Source: Octopus sinensis (Eukaryota). Taken from it: 64,000 bases of DNA. The DNA lies in the NCBI RefSeq assembly GCF_006345805.1, contig NC_043007.1, forward strand, positions 59,768,001 through 59,832,000, written 5' to 3'. The notes beneath the pieces were generated by a model that worked only from the letters and a program-made list of their open reading frames with translations, was not told where the DNA came from and made no database searches. Of this stretch, positions 53,231 to 64,000 are shown in pieces; the stretch's first letter is position 1; each line of letters opens with the position of its first letter. A program made the position numbers and the translations under genes.

Positions 53231-53392
53231 ATAATACATACATATATATTTATATTATATACATATAACACACACACACACGCTCACATTTATATCGTGT
53301 GTGTGTGTGTGTGTACACATAACGTAGCGATCGATCAATTTGCACACACGTGCACGAGTACATCTGCTCCCTCACTCTCCGTTTCTCTCTCC

Positions 53393-53434
<42 letters not shown>

Positions 53435-53679
53435 TACACATGCACACAGACCCATATTCATTCATTCTCAATCATAAAAATATTTACCTATGCATAATAG
53501 TTCACCTGTATATTAATCTACACTATTCCACCCCATTCTCTAAACACTATGTTTTCTTCCTCCTTCTTCCCCTACGCCTACTGCTCCACCTTCTCAACTC
53601 TATTTTCTAGCAAATATGCATATATCTCTGTTCTATAATATACCTATCGATGAAATCAATCAACTTATTCATCTCTGTT

Positions 53680-53763
<84 letters not shown>

Positions 53764-53906
53764 CCTACCTACCTAACTATCTATCTATCTATCTATCTAT
53801 CTATCAATCGATCGATCTATCTATCTATCTATCTATCTATCTTTTTTTCTGTCTGTCTGTCTGTCTGTCTGTATATATATATATACATGTGTGTGTGTGT
53901 GTGTGC

Positions 53907-53939
<33 letters not shown>

Positions 53940-54091
53940 ATATATATCCATCGTTCCATCGATCGATCGATCGATCCATCGATCGATCCATCCATCTATC
54001 TATCTATCTATCCATCCATCTATCCATCTATCCATCCATCTATCTATCTTGTCTGTGTGCAGCCCTGTGTGGCTAATAAAGAAACATATCC

Positions 54092-54203
<112 letters not shown>

Positions 54204-54986
54204 GCCTGCTTGTTTGTCTGTCTGTCTATGCAACTGTTTCTTCCTATACATCCATCAGTGTTTTATGTAACAATATGTCCCTGATAGTAAAAGCAACTGT
54301 TGCTGTTTCCCAAGCATATCATGTGCCCAGACATGTGATTAACACATCGTCACAGCACGGAACATAGAGCTAAAATGAACGCGCATCGTATGCCAATAGT
54401 GCAATCGCTATGTCGTCTTTATGTCTGTGTGTATGGATGAAAGTGAGTATGGATGGCTGTCTATGCACCTGTGAGAGGGCGTATGTGCGAGAGTATATGC
54501 TCGGGAATATATGCGCATATGGGTCTGTAGTGAGAGATGATAGACTAGAGCATTGGTGGGTGTAAGTATGTGAAGGAATCTATATAAATTCGAGTATATA
54601 TGTATGAAACTTCTGCCCATTTCTATGTGAATCTGAAAAGAAAGGAGACACAATAGAAGTGAGAGAGAGAGAGGAGAGAGACGGTGTATATGTGTGTGTA
54701 AGAGAGGGAGAGAGGGAGGGAGAGAGAGAAGAGGGATTTACAGATGGAGCGAAAGAGAAAGGAAAAAGAAAGAGACAGAAAAATTAAATGTGGATATGTT
54801 AGAGACAGATTGAGTGGAAAGAAAAAAAATAGAATCATTGAAAGAAAAAGCGTGAAAAGCATACAGAGATAGTAAAAGTGACGGGTAAGAAAAGAAAGAT
54901 GGAAGAAACAAACAGAAAAAAGAAGGATAGAAAGATTGTACGGATAAGATGGATAGATAGAGAGAAATAAATATAAAAACAGAGGC

Positions 54987-55028
<42 letters not shown>

Positions 55029-55204
55029 TTGTCTGTATGTGCGTCTGCATGGGCTATAGGTGTATATATGTATGTAAGTGCATGAAACGAGAGCGAGCGA
55101 GCGAGAGAGAGAGTTAGTAGGAGAATGATATAGACAGTAAATTTGGATAACTATGAGACGAGAGAATGAAAGACGAATTTGATTCAAATTACAATATATA
55201 TATA

Positions 55205-55249
<45 letters not shown>

Positions 55250-55267
55250 ATATATATCTATATATAT

Positions 55268-55340
<73 letters not shown>

Positions 55341-55501
55341 GAGATAGATAGATATAAATATACATGTATGTATGTTATTATTTAATATAGATATTTATAT
55401 ATATTTATATATATATATATATATAAATATTTATATATATATATATTTTATTTATATATACATATTTATATATATACTTATATATATATATATATACAAT
55501 A

Positions 55502-55544
<43 letters not shown>

Positions 55545-55612
55545 TTATACATATGAAATTATAATAATTATCTCTTATTATCATTAATAAATAAAGAACC
55601 ATTCGAATACTA

Positions 55613-55686
55613 GAGTTGAACCACCCCCTACAATTTCAGGCTTTTGCCTATAGTACAAAGGATTATTATTATTATTATTATTATTA

Positions 55687-55719
<33 letters not shown>

Positions 55720-56370
55720 CATCATCATCATTATTATTGTTGTTGTTGTTAAGGCGGCTAGCTGGCCGAATCGTCAGCACGCCGGACAAAATGCTTAGCG
55801 GTATTTTGTCGTTACGTTGTGAGTTCAAATTCCGCCGAGGTCGACCTTGCCTTTTATCCTTTCGGGGTCGATAAATTAAGTACCAGTTACACACTGGGGT
55901 CGATGTAATCGACTTAATACCTATGTCTGTCCTTGTTTGTCCACTCTATGTTTAGCCCCTTGTGGGTAATAAAGAAATAGGTATTTTGTCTGCCGCTACG
56001 TTCTGAGTACAAATTCTACCGAGGTCGACTTTGTCGTTCATCCTCTCGGGGTCGATAAAATAAGTATCACTTGCACACTGAGGTTATTGACTCCTTTCCA
56101 CCTCCTTCAAGTTGCCCTTGTGGCAAAAATTTTAAATAATTATTATTCTTATTATTAAGGCGGCAAGCTGGCAGAATCGTTAGCACGTCGGATAAAATGC
56201 TTAGCAGTATTTCGTCTGTCTGCATGTTATGAGTTCAAATTCCGCCGAGGTCAACCTTGCTTTTCATCCTTTCGGGGTCGATGAAATAAGTACCAGACAT
56301 AGTTCAATATAATCGACTACCTCCCTCCCCAAAATTTCAGGTTTTGTACCGATAATAGAAATGATTATTA
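55613..56370 (+). mobile_element. Head-to-tail cluster of family A SINEs separated by (TTA)n
   Basis: Tail at 55613-55660 and copies at 55752-55985, 55980-56135 and 56158-56365. Confidence 0.85.
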
Positions 56371-56538
56371 TTTTATATTTTCGTTTCATCCGACAGTCAT
56401 TTTTGTCATACTTCTATGTTGTTGTTTTGCCTTAGGTCAGCCCTAACATAACTCTCGCTGCCTTAAATTAAGTTCTAAAGCAGACCCTACCCTTTAATGT
56501 TTGTCTAATTTGAAAACAATTTCACATATATATATATA

Positions 56539-56658
<120 letters not shown>

Positions 56659-56919
56659 ATATATATTCATAATTTAGAAAGTATCAGATACTAAGATGTT
56701 ACCAAATGACTGAAAAAATGATACATAAGATACATAATAATAATTATAGTGTGTAAATCACTGTGATATTTCCCATTGAAGCTGCTGTGTGATATCTCCG
56801 TATATGCTATAACGTAAGTTAGCAGTCTATGTAGTATTACAGAATATAAGAATAAGCGAGTATGCGTACATAAATATGTATGTATATGTAAGTATATACA
56901 TATTTATGTTTATACACAC

Positions 56920-56970
<51 letters not shown>

Positions 56971-58013
56971 AATTATTGTATTCGGTGTTTAGCTGACGTA
57001 CATATATATGCATATCAATCAGTGTGTGATGGTATAGAAATGAATACTGAAAAGAAGAAATATAGATACTTGTATTCCTGTTAAGAATTGTTCCCGAAAG
57101 GAAAACCTAAATAAAATAAATAAATAAATTTGATTTGGTACATTATTTTCCTTTCAAAATGTCCGGCTCCAATCCGGCCAACTGTAAAAAGCTTTTGAAA
57201 GAAGTGTTTGGTACGTATCGTCTGCATTTCTATTTGGTCCGTATCGTGTGCATTTCTCGTCTGCTTGTATCCATTTTCTTCAATTTTCAATTTGATTTAA
57301 ATCAGCGTTGAGTTTGTTAATGGTTTTAAGGGATTTTCTCATAGAAGAATAAAGCTAAAGGAAGAAATTTTAAAAAAAGAACAGCAAAGAAGGAAAACCA
57401 AAAGCAATACAATTCAAATCTAAACATGTTTCATATAACAACATGGATTTGACATTGAAGTAGACAGGCTTTCGCAATGGCTATTTAAAAAGTAAGGTTG
57501 GTACCAATACAGAACAACATTCTAGCGAGAACAAACGAAATGAAATTCAAGAGACACGGAAGAGTACGATAAACACTACCAATATCTTAAACATAAATTT
57601 TCAGTAATATATTTGACTGAAAACCGAACTGAGTAGAAGAATGAAGACCGACATCTTTTAGATTATGAGCAAATATACACTTGTCATTTATTTTTTTTAT
57701 TATCTTTACTGATTATTGTCATTGGACTTGTGGTCATACAGTAGCAATGCATCATAATTGTATAAATATAGACTTCAAACATTTTTATCAAGTAAGCAAA
57801 AAATATAATTCATATATGTATATATCTAAATGTACATGTGTGTGTATGTATCTATGTATACATTTATATATATATAGATATAGATATATCTATATATATT
57901 TATATAAATGTACACACACACACAGAGACACACACATATATATATATATACATATATATACACACACAGATAATATATAATATATATATATATATATATA
58001 CACACATAATAAA

Positions 58014-58060
<47 letters not shown>

Positions 58061-58375
58061 GTATGTATATGTATTGTATGTATGTATATATATATATTGT
58101 GTGCACACAAATGCACATACACACATACACATAGGTATATGTGATAAGTATTTGTGTGTGGGTGGAGAGGAGAAAGGCCACATTGTATAAATATTGTTAC
58201 TGTCATGCTTCAATGTGGAACAACGCATATATTTATTTACTGTTTACTAGGCTAACCTTAATAATGTCTGTCTAACATGTTCGTATTAAGCAGGAACTGG
58301 CAAGGTAAAAATTAAAACTGCGTTAAATTGGGTTCATAAAAAGAAAGGCTGGATCGGTGGGGAAAACGGCAGAAA

Positions 58376-58380
58376 ATTAC

Positions 58381-58431
<51 letters not shown>

Positions 58432-58452
58432 CATCATCATCATTATTACTAC

Positions 58453-58503
<51 letters not shown>

Positions 58504-58513
58504 TATTATTACT

Positions 58514-58603
<90 letters not shown>
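58376..58603. repeat. Compound (TTA)n/(ATC)n microsatellite
   Basis: Direct inspection. Confidence 0.95.
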
Positions 58604-59273
58604 GAACATATCATCATGTTTTTAATTGTTTGCTGTTTTTCTTTTGCTTCATTTTTAGTAGTTGTGAGTTTCTGCGAGTCGTGGAATCTCCAACTGAAAA
58701 CGGTAGAAGCAACTTAAGCAATCAGCAGCTACAGCAAGGCCGTGTCTGCTTCACAAAGACTCTCTCTCTTTCTCACTCACTCTTTTTCTTTTTTTTCTCT
58801 CTCTTCTTCTCTCTCTCTCTTTCTCTCTCACTCCCTCCTCTCTCTTGCTCCCCCTCTCCTTCTAAGACACTCATACACACACAGTTCTTTTCTATCTTTC
58901 AATACCTGCTCTCTCTGTCTTGCTCTCTCTCTCTCTTTCTCTCCCCTTTTTCTCTCTCTCCCATTGGCACACACATGTACACAATAACGGTAACACGCGC
59001 GCACACACATACGCGCGTACACACACATACACACACTCTCTCTCTCCCTCTCCCTCTATACTTTTGTACATACATACATACACGCGCACACTCACACACA
59101 TAAAGATAGATAGCCAGACAGACAGTCTGACAGACAGATAGATAGACACATACACACATATATACATACATATAGATTGATTGATTGATCGGTCGATTGA
59201 TGCGTAGATAGCTGGATCGATGGATGTATAGATATATAAATACATAGATGTATAAAGTATCTGTGTGTGTGTT

Positions 59274-59337
<64 letters not shown>

Positions 59338-59349
59338 CAGACAGATAGA

Positions 59350-59387
<38 letters not shown>

Positions 59388-59990
59388 ATATATATCAACA
59401 TATGTGTGTGTGTGTGTATTTATATATTTATACACAAACATACATGCACACACATACACATACGCATATATACATATGTTCACATACATCCACAATAATT
59501 CAGTTTTCGACTCGCACTCGGATTTCTCATCGCTTTTGTATTTTACTCACAGACGACAAATTAGAAAGAAACGCGAAAGGAAAAAAAAACATAAGACAAG
59601 ACAGGAATAGAGAAAAAGTGAAAGATTCTGGGGTGGAAGTAGGAATAAGAAATCGAAATAAGCATATGTTTCTAAGCAATTACATGGTACTATGTTACAT
59701 AGTACACTGTGGACTAAATTGTATTACATGTTGCGTTATGTGTTCTACTATATTGCATATTTCACTGTAAGGTATATATACGATGATATTCGACGAAGTA
59801 AAATCAGTCAGCCATCCGGTTTATCTACCCTTATAGATGTCCATGTATATATAGATCATTTATATATATTCTCTTCGCTCCACAAGCGGACATTTGATCA
59901 CACGTACACAAACAGGCATACATACATGCATGCATATATACATACATACATACATACATACATACATACATACACATATGTGTATACGAA

Positions 59991-60027
<37 letters not shown>

Positions 60028-60043
60028 ACACGCACACACACAC

Positions 60044-60129
<86 letters not shown>

Positions 60130-60381
60130 GTGGCTGAATTTTTAAAAAATATTAGGATAAATTTTTGTATGAAATACCAGATCAACCAATAAGAAAGAAC
60201 CCCCAAAAGTAGTCTTGTCCAATTCCCTCATTCAGTTAAAACCAACAACAGGGTGTGTGTGTGCCGTTGAAATGGAGTGAAAGGAACTAACAATAACACC
60301 AATGGTGGTGCCCCAGCATGGCCAAAGCCTCTGGTTCAAACTAGTAAAAGCAATATATATATATATATTCTGTTATAGATA

Positions 60382-60436
<55 letters not shown>

Positions 60437-60644
60437 TACTGTCTCACGGGCAGTCTTCAACTTTTCTGACCAAAGGCGTTTTAAGTCAATATTTACACGC
60501 TATTATTTATAGCTTTATCTGCTTCGAGATTCATTCTTTCTAAAAGAATTATGTGTGTGTATGCATGTATGTTTAAGTACATATACACATTTATATACAC
60601 ATACATATATATTCATATATATGTTTATATATGTATATATATAT

Positions 60645-60700
<56 letters not shown>

Positions 60701-60720
60701 ATAGTATGTATGTATGTATG

Positions 60721-60751
<31 letters not shown>

Positions 60752-61136
60752 ATTTTCTCTGTATCTCTTTATCCTCCCTCTCTCTCTGTACACACACACA
60801 CACACACATATATCCATTCCACTTACACAGACATACCTATCTCTATCACTCCATCAACCAAACACCTTTTCTCCCAGAGTTGGCTCACTGCCTCAGGCAT
60901 GTCATTTCCTCCTCTTCTTCTCCATTTTTCTTCGTGCCTTTATGTAAGTCTATTTCCGTATCTAACCATCTGTTTTTCTCACACTCTCTCCTTTTTTCTT
61001 AGTATCTCTTCTCATTTTTTAAATATTTTTTGGTTTTTTTTCTACTTCCTCTACGGCAAGGATTGCAATGTACCTGTTTATGTATATGAGTGTGCGTATG
61101 TATTTATATGTATGTGTGTGTATGTGTATGAATGCC

Positions 61137-61196
<60 letters not shown>

Positions 61197-61631
61197 ATAT
61201 ATATATATTATATATTTAATATTTATATACATACAATATATATAGGTGAGTGTGTATGTATGTGTGTGTATATATATGTATGTATATGTATGTGTATATG
61301 TGTGAGTGTTTTTAGTTCTATTTCTCATTTTGTGTATTTTCTGTCTTATTCACACGCTTGCACCCACACACACATTCATGCACCCACACATATACACACA
61401 AGCGCTCACGCGCACACACACACACAATCACATACACACATAAACACACACATGCATATACGCACATATATAAATATAAAGATATGCCAACTCTGTCACC
61501 ATACAAGCGTGTATGTGTGTATGTGTGAGCATGATTGTATATATTTACGTACGACTAATATGTGTATATTGTTGATATATATATACACACACACATATTT
61601 ATGTATATATATGTATATATATATATATACA

Positions 61632-61673
<42 letters not shown>

Positions 61674-62422
61674 AGTATATTTAATATATATACTCACACA
61701 CTTCTATACATACCTCTCAGCGCTCGAGTTGTCACACTTTTCGTACATAACGATTCCATGTTCGTGTGTTTATGTGTGTATGTGTGTGTGCTTCCGTGTG
61801 TGTGTGTGTGTGTATGTGTGTGTGTGTTTGTGTATGTGTGTGTGTGTGTGGGAGTACGTATGTGTGTTTCGCAATCTTCCTTACTTTGTCTCCCTCTCTA
61901 GTCTGTCATCAATTCACCTACCTGCCAACATACATACATACATACATGCATGTCCGCCTTTCTACCAATTTATATATGTCACTATCATTGCACCTGTCTG
62001 CTTCTTCCTTTCTGTCTTTCTTTCTGTAACGCTTACACACATACATCTCCATCATTAACATAGACTATATAAGACACCTCCTGATAGACAGACACATGTG
62101 CCCACTTGAAGACATGCACATCTAAATATACACATAGAGGTATACTCACATACACACGGGCACATTACACACACACACACACACAGATAAAACACATGTG
62201 CACACTCACATATTTATATGTACATAGTTACACCTCTGTAATGTGATTGTGTAGGTGGGTACTTTGGGTTAGGTATGTGAAAAATCTGTTGACCATTGCT
62301 AGACAAACTCTGAATGAAAAATATGCCTGAATAAAAAAAAATGTGGTTAATAGGAAACAAAAGCAAAAATGCTCTCAATGTATCTGACATAAACCAAATT
62401 ACCTTCGCACCTACCACACACA

Positions 62423-62461
<39 letters not shown>

Positions 62462-62689
62462 ACACTCATACACGCTACACAAGCACACAGCAGTGACGCT
62501 GCTTCTTTGAATAACAAGGTATCGTTCGTATGATTGAATATGAGCTCACAAGCGGCATATTTCATGACGTTCTGCAAGGTTATCTGCCAAGAAATTCTGT
62601 AGGTAAAAACATAGATCGGTATATAGGCAGACAGAGCGATAGATAAATATATACACTGACAGACAGGGAGTTAGTCTAATATACATGCC

Positions 62690-63290
62690 ATCAGTCTTTC
62701 GCGACTTTGTTGTGTCATGTCGGCATTAACTCGTATCCGAGTAGTTAATCTGTAACCAGTGATTGAACCTCTTCATCTTGATGGGTGCGAAAGGTGCCGG
62801 TACCTGTTCAGGCCTAAGGCAGTAGAGAAGATCCGGGGCATTTATCGCAGGAGAGGGTTGGCCGAGGGCGAGAAAGTTCAAGTCGCTCTTTGTGTATTTG
62901 ACCTCTGATCAGTGCTTCTTGACATCTGTTATTTCCATCTGGTCAGTTCCCTTGAACGAACCTTGGGCGGTACCTGACGATTATATCCCAGGTATTCGGG
63001 TCAATGCAGCAGCGGAGGAGAGTGGCCTTGAGCTGATTTCGCATACGGAATTTGGGGGCTCCGCTTGGTCTGGTGCCTGAAGCCAACTCTACAAAGAAGA
63101 GTTAACGAGGGAAGCGCATTTGAGGCACACGTATGATCTGTCTCGACCCGAGGAGGCGGGGTCGTGCTTTGGTAGCTTCAATGCTGGACAGTCTGACTCG
63201 GAGAAGAATCTCTTCTTTGGTAACATAGTCCTTCCAGCGAATCCTCATGATTGGGCGAAATTTGTGCTATTGGAAATGTTCGGTTCACCA
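62690..63290 (-). pseudogene. RTE/BovB-type LINE 3' fragment (RT C-terminus and terminal Zn finger)
   Basis: RPIMRIRWKDYVTKEEILLRVRLSSIEA..IIRVPQMRFPR*LFFVELASGTRPSGAPKFRMRNQLKATLLRCCIDPNTWD..LSCDKCP. Confidence 0.75.
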
Positions 63291-63589
63291 TCCAAAGGAA
63301 TATCATTCATCCATCCACCTTCTCTACAGGATTTGAACTCAGAGCGCAAAAGAGCAGAACAATTACTAAGAAGCATCCAGTCCAACGTTCTTACAGTTCC
63401 TCCAGTCGCCCACACTGGAGTGGTACTTTTTTATCGACCTCGAAAATGTGAAAAGCAAAGTTCACCTCGATAATATTTGAACTCAGAGCACATGTGTCAG
63501 GACAAATGCCGCGAAGCATTCTAGTCAGTGCCATTCAGCAATTCAACGTTCTACGTGTAACATTGTGAAGACTCCCTCCCTCTTCTCCG

Positions 63590-64000
63590 CTCATTATCCG
63601 TAACAGGCTTGTGGTGGTAGTCTTCAAGCACCTCGTTAATAGGGCCCCATCAGAAGCAATTGTTATAAGACTTTCCAGCCGGGATTCACAAGCGAGATCA
63701 ACTGAGATTATGGATATTGTCCAACTACCTCATTCATGGTCTACCTTCAGGTCTCCTACTCGTTGCTTCGGCTTGAGGATTTCGTCTTGAGATTCTTCCC
63801 TTCGACATTCTAATCACACGTCCGTAATGCCGGGGCTGTGAACCCTCAATGCGAAAAAAGGGCTAGACCTGGAGATGGTCTCTGATCTCCCAGCTATGTT
63901 CCCTGTCGAGTAACGTGACTCCAGGGACCTTTCGGAGGACCTCCATTTCGGCCGCTTATAATTTAAAGAAGAAAGTAGTTAATGTGCTCTGATGTTGGTA
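63590..64000 (-). pseudogene. Second RTE-like LINE 3' fragment
   Basis: HYGRVIRMSKGRI followed by a degenerate GRPxxRWLD-like segment. Confidence 0.55.

Overview
AT-rich, extremely microsatellite-dense eukaryotic non-coding DNA. The SINE families and the (TA)/(CA)/(TAGA)/(ATC) load point to a coleoid cephalopod, most likely Octopus (inference). No host protein-coding gene can be supported, and nearly all listed ORFs are microsatellite translations. The window holds tRNA-derived SINEs and decayed Tc1/mariner, hAT, Helitron, RTE and R4/Dong fragments, a gag-knuckle-only retroelement, and a ~1.8 kb tandem duplication. The main signal is a Penelope-like-element (PLE) / hammerhead-ribozyme (HHR) system. 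A ~5.9 kb palindromic element at 28379-34352 has near-identical ~1.87 kb inverted arms, each with an outward-facing type I HHR. It encloses a frameshifted Naiad-like GIY-YIG endonuclease ORF with no reverse transcriptase core and a G-U-rich structured spacer. About eight further HHR motifs lie in short non-coding repeats, two of them in retrozyme-like tandem arrangements. All folds and translations were done by eye, and SINE/TE boundaries are approximate.
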